A stretch of DNA of 64,000 nucleotides, taken from NCBI GenBank assembly GCA_001662655.1, contig KV460214.1; one strand, 5' to 3'. The notes below the pieces were generated by a model. The model saw only the letters and a list, made by a program, of their open reading frames with translations, made no database searches and was not told where the DNA came from. Within the stretch, counting starts at the first letter, position 1. Every line of letters starts with the position of its first letter. This document shows positions 1-11,459 of this stretch, piece by piece. Position numbers and translations under genes: made by a program. The stretch comes from Pseudogymnoascus verrucosus (lineage: Eukaryota).

Positions 1-1
1 T

Positions 2-1966
2 CTCGTGCAATGCGGGAGCGATCTCTTCCAGATCGGTCTCACCAAGTTCAATGCCACTAAAGACTATCCAGTCCACATTTGTCAGTTGTGCTCGGCATAG
101 GGGTAAAATCCCAGCTGCAATTTCACATCCAGGATCTTTAGGTGCTCCTTCATCTTCCTCGTATGTATCTCGTGGCCGTCTCCTCGGGAGAGTATCACCG
201 AAGTTCATCCTCCGCGTTTTATATGTTTTCAAGGCCAAAGCCTGCACTTCCTGGTAAAGCAAGGACCTTCCATCAGGGACTATATCAAAGTACTTCTTGA
301 TCGGAATCCCTGACCGAGACTTGAGAGCAATATGATCCTTCCCGTACTCGTCGACTGTTCCATGAAGACATTCTAGATCTATCCCAGCGAAGGACATTGA
401 TCTGAACGACTCATTATACCGCAATGCTCGTAATATTGCCAGAAGCTCATGTGTGCTGTATCGTCTTGAATCAGACGGCGGCAAGAGGAGGAACTCTGGT
501 GAGTCTTCGACCTCATAACCAATTGTATACCTAATATTGCTAGGATTGCAGCCATAAGCAAGACAGTATGCGATCAACGTTCTATCAAACGCTCCATTGT
601 CCTCGGTGGGGCCAAAATCGACATTCGAATCATCGAGCACTTCTTTTGGCCCACTATACAGGAATGTATAGTCCAGCCACTGCGGTTTGAGGTAGAGTAT
701 GGATCTGAAGATATCACGTCCAATATCCGGGCCCTGGGACGCTGCCAAGGAAATAGTAACCGCTTTCTCAAGTGGAATGCGGAACCCCAGCTCCAAGGTA
801 TCATCGCTGTTGTTTATTTCCATAGTCACCAGTGAAACCAAACCGTAGCTGTTTTTATTTGCCTTGACGTTCATAGGACGTGATGGAGACTCGTGGAAAT
901 CCGGCAGGGAAATCAAATGCAGCAGGTTGATACCTATAACAAGATAGCATGCAGTCGAGCTCAGCTTGGAAAAGTCCTCGGAGGATTTCCCAGGTGCTTT
1001 GTTAGCTGGCCGACGGACCACTCGGTATATCTTGAAGTAGTTCTCGTCATAGTCTTGCGACGCTTCAAGTAGGCGTCGGATGTAGCTTATCGTCCGCGAA
1101 GGGAATGGCTCGTCTGCCATCAGCTTCGATTTCAGAGCAGCGGCTCGGATAGAGGTGTGCCATAGGTCTGCTTCTCGGGGGTCTTGGAGCATAAGCTGGA
1201 TGGAGCCGACACTACTTGTTGCCTCGTCCAGGTATACGACTTCCGTTATGAAGTACGGCCTGCCGCCTTCAACCCTATATGCAGCCACAATCTGGTTCAG
1301 GAGAATCCCATTGTCTCCTTCGCTGCTTGACCTTGAGTTCAAGGACTGGATCTCATGTAACGATCCGATCGAAGCCGTCGACGAGTGCCTCGTCCCAGAG
1401 TACCGTCTGTTTGCCCTTGATATCGTTGGGAACGCCTCCAGCGCTCTGGAAAGACTCTTGAATCTTATCAAGTGAGTATCTGTTAGGGCAAGATATTCTT
1501 TCTTCTTCCGAAACAAACCAATGGTCGTCTGCACCTGCCCATGATACAGCAACTGCTGCCCGTCTTTGTGAAATGCAAAGCCCACCTCTTCAGATGAGAT
1601 ATCAATAGAAGACTTCTCCATAGCCTCACTACTCGCCACGGAGGACTCATCCACAGATAAAATCGATTTCCTTCCAAGAGACCCAAATGTCGAACCAGGT
1701 CTATACCTGTGCAGACGTTGCCGAGTTGAGGATGAAATCTGTGTTCCCCCACTCACCAAAGCCGGCGAACCATCTAGCTGTGAATCACGACCCATAGGAG
1801 AGCCCTGGCGTGGTGCAGGTGAATGGCTCGTGAACCTCTTGCGCTCCGCCGGTTTAGTGTCATCTTTTTGCTTCGTGATCAGCGGCGTAAGAGAGGACAG
1901 TTTCGCCCTTGAGAACCGATTTGAGGAAGTCTGTGTGCCATTGCTGCCCCCTGAACTGGATACCAT
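2..1966 (-). CDS. PH-domain/leucine-rich-repeat (CARMIL-like) fungal protein, 5' portion; truncated by the window edge
   Basis: Manual translation gives an uninterrupted minus-strand frame of ~655 codons from ATG 1966 (MVSSSGGSNG...) to the window start. It contains YHGQVQTTIGLFRKKKEYLALTDTHLIRFKS (PH-like), FDRTLIAYCLAYGC, ELLAILRALRYNESFRSMSF and LTNVDWIVFSGIELGETDL. The ORF track missed it because no stop lies inside the window. Confidence 0.8.
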   Translation of the reverse strand, partial: MVSSSGGSNGTQTSSNRFSRAKLSSLTPLITKQKDDTKPAERKRFTSHSPAPRQGSPMGRDSQLDGSPALVSGGTQISSSTRQRLHRYRPGSTFGSLGRKSILSVDESSVASSEAMEKSSIDISSEEVGFAFHKDGQQLLYHGQVQTTIGLFRKKKEYLALTDTHLIRFKSLSRALEAFPTISRANRRYSGTRHSSTASIGSLHEIQSLNSRSSSEGDNGILLNQIVAAYRVEGGRPYFITEVVYLDEATSSVGSIQLMLQDPREADLWHTSIRAAALKSKLMADEPFPSRTISYIRRLLEASQDYDENYFKIYRVVRRPANKAPGKSSEDFSKLSSTACYLVIGINLLHLISLPDFHESPSRPMNVKANKNSYGLVSLVTMEINNSDDTLELGFRIPLEKAVTISLAASQGPDIGRDIFRSILYLKPQWLDYTFLYSGPKEVLDDSNVDFGPTEDNGAFDRTLIAYCLAYGCNPSNIRYTIGYEVEDSPEFLLLPPSDSRRYSTHELLAILRALRYNESFRSMSFAGIDLECLHGTVDEYGKDHIALKSRSGIPIKKYFDIVPDGRSLLYQEVQALALKTYKTRRMNFGDTLPRRRPRDTYEEDEGAPKDPGCEIAAGILPLCRAQLTNVDWIVFSGIELGETDLEEIAPALHE

Positions 1967-3383
1967 TGTTATATTAGGTTGGCATTAAGAGGTCTTATAA
2001 TCTAGGGGTGGGCCAGTCCCTCAAGGGTGTGATGTTGCAACCAGTATACGGTCGGGCTGTCAAGAGACATGCAATCCCTATACTCTTTCCCCCATACCAT
2101 ACATTCAGAAGGCGATGTAATCCAGGAGGAAGTCTAGAGGGTAGGGAGCTCCAGACAGTTGGGCGACCAGTTGGCGTACAGCCTTGTAGCCACGGTTCTC
2201 TGTGTCACTGGTGGCGTTGCACTGTGAGCCAAAGCTGGAGTCAGGGCAAAGCTCAAGCACAAACAACTATGACTCTTTTGCAGTGTCAGATCCAGATAAC
2301 CTCAATCCGTTTCGTTTCAGATGGGGATTGACCAAACGTCAAGTTCTGCTCAGCTTTCGCGTCCCGAAATCAACAGACGGTACCGGCGTTCACCCGTCGT
2401 GGGTCTCTCTCTGTCCGTGTCCAGGCTTAAACCCACAATAGCTTAAGCAAGGGGAAATCACACACAACAAGAGTACCAGAGCTCAGTATATAATTGAATA
2501 AAGGGATAACAAAGGGCCTGCCATAGGGTTGAATATCACAAATCACAGGAAAAGAGTACGAGGCATTTTTAGGGCGTAGTATGGAGAAGAGGAGGCGTAG
2601 CTCGTATTTTTATGCCGTTCCGTTTGACCTTGGTGGGATGCGGAGATCTACGAGTGGGCCGGCACATGCAGTAGGTTGATGGCCGATAAGATTTCAGCTG
2701 CTGTGTACCTTGAACGGCAGGGGCTTGCACATCAATAGCATCATCGATCACGTGATGGGTGGTATTTTTAGATGCTGCAGTCTAACGGACAGTGCGGACA
2801 AGGCGGACAGTGGTCGTGTTCAACAAGATTTGCAATGGCTTGTTTCAGGGGTTCATGAGAAGAAATTAGACCTCGTGTTTCATGAATACAGTCAATATAA
2901 AAGTCCGGCGCACAGTTCTTCGTCGCATAGCCACATTCATTCCGGCGCCTTGGCAAATTATCCAAGAGCGGCCCAGACTCTCAACATATCCACACTCGCC
3001 ACAGTCTTCACTTTTACGTCAGATATTAACATATAATATTTCTCTCGCGTTCTGATCTAATGCTCCATATTCTCCTGCTGACGTATAACTCCACCCATGC
3101 GCCAAACCACACCACACCGTCCTATGCCGCAGATAACACCTGGCCATCAATATGCATAGAAAGCGCCTCCTAGTATGACGATAAAGGTCCGCCTATCTTG
3201 CCGATATAATTTGTGCGCCTTAAAATAAATAAAAAGAAAGGGAATATTCCTCCGTAAAACTCGGGTCCATGGTGGTGGCCTGAGAATAGTCGATCGTACG
3301 ACATGTACGGAGGATCGAGTTGTTGTTGCGGTTGATCGAGTATATAATATAAGTTCCTAAGTTGCAGTCGCCAAGTGCTCCAT

Positions 3384-4209
3384 TTACTCCTTCTTGACAA
3401 CGGCCGGGTCCTCATCACTATCCTCGAACTCCTGGTCTCCATCTGCGTCCTCATCCTCGTCAAAGTCATCGTTCATCTCAGCGTCCTCTCCCGAGCTGTC
3501 GCTGCCTCCAAAGTCGTCCTCGCCATCGCTCTCATTCCAGAAGCCATCATCATCATTGAACTTCTGCGGCGGAGCATCCACCAAGGTTGTGGGAAGAACG
3601 AAACCCTCCGGGATATCAGTCTTGCTCTTCTCAACATCCCCATGAGCCTTAGCGATGTAGGCTGCACGATCATTGCGGTATAGCACGCCAGCGTCGACAT
3701 TGGCCGGTGACGAGACCTCGGGATCATCCATGAGCAACAGGATAGAGCGGAGAACGGACTCGACGCTCTGCACTGATGTCCAACGTTCTGTGGCCGACTC
3801 TCCAGACATCTCGTCTTCTCCGGGGGGGTGAAGAATCGATATGCAGATTCTTCCGTCGGGGTAGATGTTCGGGTGGTAGATTGGACGCAGGAATTTGAAA
3901 GAGGGCGGGCTCATGGGGTAGTTCGAAGGGAAGGACATCTGAGCCTGTTGTGAAGTTGTTAGCTGACGCTCATAATCGGATGTTCATGTGTGATGTTGCA
4001 TACCTTGAAGTAACCGCCGTCGTAGTAACTGTCCGAGTTCACGACCATGAGGCCAACCGTCCATTTGAAGATGTTTGATCCACCGCAGGGCTTCAAGGAG
4101 TGTCAGCATATTGTTCCACGGCCAGAGAATCAGGGATCCGTACCTCCACAGTCAACCATTTCTCCTTCTGGAGACCCTGCAATTCATTCATGAGGCGTGT
4201 CTTTGCCAT
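3384..4209 (-). CDS. CDC34: Ubiquitin-conjugating enzyme E2, Cdc34/Ubc7 class with acidic C-terminal tail (exons 4209-4144, 4090-4004, 3944-3384)
   Basis: HPNIYPDGRICISILH active-site motif, acidic loop insertion PPGEDEMSGE, PANVDA and a D/E-rich tail. Two GT-AG introns join MAKTRLMNEL.../PCGGSNIFKWTVGL...GGYFK/AQMSFP. E2 call is firm; the exact orthologue is less so. Confidence 0.85.
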
Positions 4210-4972
4210 CTTGAGCGCTGAAAACGGCGAGGATGAAGTCTCGCTGAAAGTATAGTCGAGTTTATGACAATGTCAAATCCGTTCGCCGAATGAAAGGTCG
4301 AGTCCTGTCGTAGAAGAATCCGCCACCAAAGTGGCACCCAGGTGAATGTGTCGGTTGATCTGTCGAAAGCGGATCAAGGGTCCAAGTCAGATCAGATCAG
4401 GTTGTCTCTTTTGTAAGAGCAACTAGCGAGTGAAAGAGTGACAGGCGAGGGCAGAAATTCAGGTCGGATATTGTGAGAATTGAAAAAAAGACTGTTAAAC
4501 ACAAAAGAAGTTGTTCTCGGAGGATCTGGAATCAGCAAGGCTACGTCGAGTGGTCTGTGGCTGGTGCCCGAAACTGCTGACTATGCGTGCCGCGACCAGC
4601 CTGATTATCGCTATCGGTGGGGCCGAGTACCGATGGCCTCGCCTCATCAAACAGGACAAACAACCCCCTTATACCCCTCAAATCAACAAACGTCAGCCTT
4701 GCCAAGGCACTCTGTAAATTATAACAGATTCTAGAAGTTCCTGGGCTATTTCACAGTTCATTTACTCAAAATCAATACAAACTCATCAAATAATTACATC
4801 CTATTCCTGAAGCAAATACATGCAGTATGAAGTTTCTTCTCCGATACTTCAACGCCCTAAAGAATGCGGCCCGCTCAGATCCTGACCAATAAAAACGCCA
4901 CCGCCACCCTCTCCTGACAACGTTTTGCGCCCTAAAATGATGTATAATCCCAATCAAACCATTAAGCCCCGG

Positions 4973-7188
4973 TTACATAACCATGTTCTCCTTTCTGTCC
5001 TTTGCCCTTCGCTTCTCTGCATTCCTCAGATCCAGTCGTGCCTTCGCTGCTGCTGCCCTCTCTGGGTCCAGTGTTGTCCTTGATCTCGTGCTTGCCATAC
5101 TTGACATTCTACTCGGTCCCAAGTTGCCTGGTCTGACTCCCTCCAAGTGTGCAATGGATCGCGGGCGAACTGTAGCTGGTACAAAAGTTTCATGTGCGGT
5201 GATGTCCATGGTTGGTGGGAGTTCTGGCACAGCTTGCTTCTGAGAAGGCGTTCGTCGCAACCCATGGCCTGAAAATGGTCCTGGAAGTGGATGGTCTTTC
5301 TTGGAGGAGTCCACAGCCAGTTTCGCGAATCGTTCACGTAAACTGAAATCCGATGCTGGCGGGAGAGTTTCTGGCGTGTGCGAGGCACTCTTATTGCTCC
5401 CAATCTCCCCAAGTGCATCAGACTTTGACCTCTGATGTTTTGATCCGTCAAGAGATGTTTGGGCACGCGCCGTCGCTGACCTTCTTCGTTGCAGCGTAGA
5501 GTCGATAATCAGCTTTTCACGATCCTGTGGATCTTCGTAGATTTCGTACGGCTTGCTAGCTTCTTGTTCCGTCCTGCGCGTATTCCGTACCTGAGGCATT
5601 ACGTCCTGTCCTGTCATCACGTTCGCATCTTGTGAAGTCGATTTGAACTGAGTCTTGGTTGGCCTGAGGTCTCCACCGGTCAAATCAGCGGCACGTTTGT
5701 CCCCAGTTCCCTTTTCTGACACCAGAGGGCTTCGTTCAACTCTCAACGCAGCAAGTTTCTCTTTCAGGGCAGCCATCTCCTTTTTCAACTCTGAAACTTG
5801 GTCGTGGCGCTTCTTGAGGAGATGTTCCGCGTCTCCGCGTTGTGCTTTCGCCGATTCTTTAAGGTTGTCGTACTTAGTTTGAAGACCTTGTAGTAATTGT
5901 GCTCGATCATGGCTCATCGATTCTGAAGCTTGCCGGCGTTTCTCACTTTGGTTGAGTTTCTCGTTTACCTTCTCCAGGTCCCGAGACAATTTAGTATTTT
6001 CGTCACGGAGCTTAGATGCCTCCCTTTGCGACGTAGAAAGATCCAGTCGCAGGCGTTGTAGTTCGCTCTTTAGGTCGCCTGAGGGCTTCTTAATCTCTCC
6101 ATTTTCACCTTCTTGTTGTTGATCTCGGTCCCTCAGTACATCCCTAAACTCGTCGACTTGGCTTCGATACTGGACCGCAAGCGCAGTCTGCCTAGCAAGG
6201 TTCTTCATCATAGTAGGCGAGTCGTCTTCGATGCCATTCAAGCATCCGTCGGCAATTTGAGCAACGAGTTCAGCAATCCTATCTTCCATCTGCACTGCCC
6301 TTTTCTGTGCTTCCTTGAGCTTGCTTCCGAGATCAATCGCCTCTTCGTCCTTCTTCTTGGCGTATGATTTGGCCATTTGCTTGTACTTTACAAGCTTTGT
6401 CATCTGAGCCCTCGCATCCTCGTTGTATTTCTCATACTCTGATTTCCAGTAGCGGCCCGACTGCGAATGTGGCTCGTTGAGATCGGTAGTCACGTCACCG
6501 TCGAAGTCGTCCATATCTCTCGAGTAGGGCCTGGGTTGATCCTCGTCCCGTTGTGAGCTTTCCAGTATTTGGGGCGCTGTTAGACCTGTCTTTATATCCA
6601 ACTCCAGCAGCGATTGCGGTGTATCAAGAACGGAATTGTGCGTTTTCGACCCCTCCGTTCTCCTCCTCTTTGTATCCCTCACGTTCTCCAGGGTCTTTGT
6701 CAGTGCAGTTCGCCTCAGCGATCTCCCATCTTGCTTAGCAGCAGCCCCATTCACAAAAGGACTGGGGAATTTCCCTGGGCATTCATCTGGGATGCCACTG
6801 GTGCTGTTTGGTTTCGCCTCCTTGTCTTTGACGGTTGCGCCAAACGAGACTGATTTCCGACTCCTCGCTGTTCCTGGTGTCATCAGAATTCCTTTCGACG
6901 GGCTCGATATATCAGTCCTCAGATTTTGTTTTGGGGCCGGCATGTTTGTTGACTTGGCAATTTGTTCAAAGTAGGTGTCGTCGCTGGCTGGTGCAGGAGT
7001 GCCAAAGAGGGCACTTTTGAATGCTCTCGCTGCAAATACTGGGGCTGGAGTTTCGGGCGGTTCCTGGCCGTCTATTGGGGGGTTTTGTCAGTTTGTTCGC
7101 TTGTTGTGAAAGGAATGGGCGAGTTTCTTTGTGACATACCCTCTCGACGCGTCTCCTCGCCGCTTTTTCCCAGCCACCAACCAAGCAT
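4973..7188 (-). CDS. cut12: Spindle pole body-associated Cut12-domain coiled-coil protein (short exon 1 from 7188, intron ~7139-7072)
   Basis: Upstream of the listed ORF the frame reads PPETPAPVFAARAFKSALFGTP, then KGILMTPGT..RKSVSFG, PGKFPSPF, GRYWKSEYEKY and a long coiled coil. Exon 1 MLGWWLGKSGEETRRE ends at a GTATGT donor. Confidence 0.8.
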
Positions 7189-8124
7189 ATTTCGCGTATA
7201 AATTGTTTCTCTGTGTTAGGATTGGAAGGAGTAAATCATAGCCAAGGCAATTTGAGGGGTTGAGGGGCGAAGTGGTGGTGTTTTCTCAAATCGTCGTCGG
7301 TTTTGGCATCTTTTGTTTACTCTCGTGAACGGACAGGGATTGAGTTGGGAAGTCGCGGGTCGGGCCACACTAGCGCAAGGCACAATGGTAGCCTTGTGGG
7401 TGACAGCTCAGCCTCGTCTAGGCGTATAAATACTATGGTTCTAGAAATTTACTACAACGAAGACTTGTTTAAATTCTGATGAAGTGAAACGTTATTCCTT
7501 TCTATGTTTCCCTATAAGGGCTTTGCTGGCATCTTAGTAGCGATGAAATCATAGCAATTTAAATACATTCCATCCTAGATTATAAATATACATTCTTTAA
7601 TTCATTTACTCACTTAAACCTATAAAATTCCTTAGGAAATCATAGTAATATCAGTCGCGGCGTTCACCCGTCGCGGGTTTGGTGCCCACATGCTCGGGAA
7701 AGGCGCGCGCACACTACCTGTCGCTGCCTTCGAGCTGTATAAATTAGCAGCGCCTTGTCCAGCTGTCTCCCTCCCGTTTACCTAACATTTCTCGCACCTG
7801 ATACGCCGTCATTATGTGGCGCTTAGCTCGGCGCTTACCTCCCCGCCTGTACCAATGGCGCGCCATTGAACGGATCCTCCAGGCCAGCCTCGCTGTAGGT
7901 GAAAACCCATATTGGCACATAAGCACTTCTTCGAACCGCAATCTGAGACACCTATCTGCGAAATTAGTGTTCAATGGGGATTGGCTGGTCGTAAGCGCCG
8001 AAGGATCAAACCCTCCTCAGGTACAGATTCAGCTCCTCTCAAGGAAACTGCTCTCCCCTCCTTAAAATGCTCTACATATCCTTCACTCCACAATTAATTG
8101 AACAACAATTCTCGCCATTCCGAG

Positions 8125-9179
8125 ATGAGTTCGGCTAGTTCACCTCTGTCTGCACCGGTTTCTCTTCGCGCCGTCGTCCTTCTCTTGTGCCTGTTGTCCC
8201 AAGTCCCATTTGCGCAATCTACGATATGCTATGATGTGACAGGCCTCCAGAGCGAAGTGTTCTTCCCATGTGAACCGGATGCCGAAGTCAGCTCCTGTTG
8301 CTACGCAGGCGATATCTGCTTCAGCAATGGACTTTGCTCTCCTAGTGCAGCCACGAAAGCCAAGCATCCTAAGGATTTCTATGTAACCCCATTTTTCTGG
8401 AATGCTTGCTCTGATCCAACATTTCAAGACCCCAAGTGCTTCTCAGGATGCTTTAATGGTAAGCACATCTATATTTCAGTTATCATAGTCCTCCATAGAT
8501 GTTGTAGTCGACAAATGCTAATTGTAAAATAGTTCCTGGAAATGGCGTCAAAAGTTGCCCAGAAGCTGGCCCAAATGCATATTGCTGCTTTGGGTACTCT
8601 GGATGCGACTGTACCGACCCTAACCAGGTTGTCACCGCCCGAGCTGGCTCTATTGTTACTACAATAGATCCCAGCGCAACGTACACAAAGAGCACGGCCT
8701 CAAGCATTCATACCTCTTCGTCGACTTCTAACACTCATACGCTCTCATCGAAATCCAGCACCCATGCCCCTTCGTCGACCTCAACATCTGAAGATTCAAC
8801 GGCAACAACCACTGAGCCAAAATCCGTCACGCCTACAAATACATCGCAAGACCAGGAAACTAGCACTCCTACAAATGCTTCGCAGGACCAAGGAAGCAGC
8901 ACGCCAACAAATGCTTTGCAGGATCAAGGAAGCAAAAGCTCCGCACTCCCAATTGGCGTTGGAGTTGGAGTTGGTGGGGCAGTTTTAATAGCGGTTGCCG
9001 CGGCCATAGCAATCATTTTACTACGACGCCGAAGGCAAAAGGCGCCCTACTTGGGACTTCAACTAAAGTACGAGTACGAGACGAAGCCCGATGAGGCACA
9101 TTACGAAATGATGACAACCTATAATGCCGCTGAGCTATCTAATGCAAACCCAGTACATGAGTTACCGGCTCGCAGATGA
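8125..9179 (+). CDS. Single-pass cell-surface protein: signal peptide, Cys-rich ectodomain, Ser/Thr stalk, TM helix (Mid2/Wsc-like architecture); intron 8459-8532
   Basis: Hydrophobic N-terminus, CY..C..SSCCYAGDICFSNGLC..C.DP..C...C, exon 2 SCPEAGPNAYCCFGYSGCDC, S/T-rich stalk, IGVGVGVGGAVLIAVAAAIAIILLRRRR TM/stop-transfer, and a fungal AELS/HELP tail. Confidence 0.8.
8851..8932 (+). repeat. ~36-nt tandem duplication in the stalk-coding region
   Basis: QETSTPTNASQDQGSSTPTNALQDQGS: agcactcctacaaatgcttcgcaggaccaaggaagc / agcacgccaacaaatgctttgcaggatcaaggaagc. Confidence 0.7.
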
Positions 9180-9568
9180 TCGGAATTACGGAGTTGCAGG
9201 TTAGGCGCACTGGGAAGGTTGGGTTGGATGTAATGAGAGTAGACGATGGACTCTGCGAGGTGATTTTGCTCCTCAACTAATGCATATGATAATGATGACG
9301 AATCAAGGGGAGCCAGCCAAGCCCATGGCCGCGGCGAGTGGGAAAGGAGTACATATGTTTAACTACCTAGTTGACAATCTTAGAAATGGGAAATAGAAGA
9401 CCATATCAACGTTGATACCACGTTTATCAGCAACTATTATAGCGCTGCATCTTGGCAAGAAGTCCATCTAGATAACTCAAGGACAGAAGATGCCCGAACT
9501 ACGACCGCCCGACAGATCATCATGGAGTCTAGATAATAGTGAAGAAGTTTTATTAATTGTTTTCTCGT

Positions 9569-10062
9569 CTACTCCGGACTGCCAGTAGAGTTGAAGTAGG
9601 AGTACACTGAGGCGGCACCCCCCGAAACCACCCCAAAGACCTGCGCCATCCCATTAACAGCAGCAGTCCCATATCCTCCCATCCCAGCGCTCTGCAAATA
9701 CGCAAATGCGGTACGAGCTCCGACAATTCCTATCTTTGAGTGAATCCAAGCCGCGACCGAGCCTAAAGCGATTTAAACAATGAGTATAAAGGTCAAGTCT
9801 CCATCCCTCTGCAAACCACAACTGTTGATAACTCACCAGCAGTAGGACCTGAAGCCCCCCAGCCCATCGATGCGAGGACCGGTCCCGTAAGAAAAGCGGG
9901 CGTAAAGACCAGGACACCATTGACGACGTAGAAGACAGTTTGTCCAGGGTGGGCCCTCATCCAGTCGAAGATAAAGGGTGGCACATCACTGATGTTGAAT
10001 TGGAGCACTACGCCCTGAAAAAAATCTCTGATGATCCGTAGGATCTCTTCTAGGGTCATCAT
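9569..10062 (-). CDS. IFI6/IFI27 (ISG12)-like small hydrophobic protein, copy 1 (exons 10062-9837, 9762-9569)
   Basis: Spliced product contains LASMGWGASGPTAGSVAAWIHSKIGIVGARTAFAYLQSAGMGGYG, matching the ISG12 G-F-x-x-x-G..AGS.AA...GS.FA.LQS.G motif; GTGAGT...TAG intron. Confidence 0.75.
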
Positions 10063-10463
10063 ATTGATATAGGTATTCTCGAAATCGGCTTGCTCTTGTA
10101 GTTGAAATGGATATGTTATCTACGTTACCGATGCCTGACGGAGATAGCTGGTGTTATCTCTACCTGAGCTTAGGCTTGAGCTTTATGGACCAATGAGGGT
10201 ATGCAGGATCTTGATGTTGTTGGACTTGCAGCTGTGGGGGCCAGCCTTATATCAGGCTGCGTTTTTGTGCGGCACTCTTGACTGTACTGCCTCTGCGAGA
10301 ACTCATGCTTTAGAGGGCCCTTAAATATCAACGTTGATACCACGCTTATCAGCAACTATAATAGCGCAGCATATTGGAAAGAAGTCCATCCCGGTAGCTC
10401 AAGTACAGAAGATGTCCATTGATTATTTCCCAATATACCCCGTCCTACCGACGCCCACCAAAC

Positions 10464-10927
10464 CTAGAGCTTCGAGACAAACCACCCCGAAATAACCCCA
10501 CAAGCCTGCATCGCCCCATTAACAACAACAGCCCCATACCCCCCCATCGCCGCACTCTGCAAATACGCAAAGACGCTTCCTGCCCCAACATTCCCCAACA
10601 TAGACTGAAGTGCAGCCGCAACGGAGCCTGACGTGATATTAATACGACTTTCTATGAACGACAACCCTGAATGAACTCACCAGCAACAGGACCGGCGGCG
10701 CCGAAACCCATAGACGCTAGGAGCGTACCAGTAAGAGCACCGGGAGTGAAGATCAAAACTCCCGGTGCAACGAGTAAGGCGGTTTGGCCGGGGTGGGCGG
10801 CGATCCATTCGAGGACCACGGCTGGCACTTCTGTGACGCTGAATCGGAATACTTGGGTCAGGGCGGTGAATCCCATGGTACCCATGGTAGTAGCGGCATA
10901 TTGGAAGATTTCAAAAGTTGTCGCCAT
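10464..10927 (-). CDS. IFI6/IFI27 (ISG12)-like small hydrophobic protein, copy 2 (exons 10927-10681, 10628-10464)
   Basis: Spliced product contains LASMGFGAAGPVAGSVAAALQSMLGNVGAGSVFAYLQSAAMGGYG, with the intron at the same position and phase as copy 1. Confidence 0.8.
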
Positions 10928-11459
10928 ATTGTCACTGTTATGCTCAAAACTGCTTTGTCTTTCTCTTGTGATGGAAACGGGAATGTTGTTGACGTTGACG
11001 ATATTGATGTCCAACACAGACTGATGTCGTTATCCGGATCCAGGCCTCAGATGCGGCCTCCACAGACCAATGAGGGGATGCAGGTTTGATGTTGTTGGAC
11101 TTGCAGCTGTGGGGGCCAGCCTTATATCAGGCTGCAATTTTGTGTGACACTATTGAATGTATGAAGCAATCGTGTGGTACTACCTCCGTGTGAAGTCTTG
11201 CTTTGGAGGACCGTTAAATATTGCGGCTTGAATTCATTAGTTGAGACTGTGGTGAACGAACGGGGACATGCAGGAAGCCTCCATACCATAGGGCACCACC
11301 CAACATTAGAACAACATAGAACTCTCTGTAGTAGAGTAACATCGATGGATACCATCCTCAATTTATGCAGCCTTGTAATCTCTCAAAGGATACACACCCT
11401 CTATAACAATCTGAATTCCCAGCATCCCCCTCTAATACTACAACCTTCCCCATCCCCAC

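Larger units (their letters stand above)
9403..11160. repeat. Tandem segmental duplication (~0.9 kb unit) carrying the two IFI27-like genes
   Basis: Near-identical flanks: atatcaacgttgataccacg(t/c)ttatcagcaacta at ~9403 and ~10325; ttgatgttgttggacttgcagctgtgggggccagccttatatcaggctgc at ~10211 and ~11087. Confidence 0.9.

Noticed and set aside
51..1752. Short ORFs listed in the track for the first 1.8 kb
   Set aside because: Shadows of the long minus-strand PH/LRR reading frame.
7425..7650. RIP-mutated transposon relic
   Set aside because: AT/TpA-rich but short, with no TIR, LTR or transposase trace; cannot be supported.
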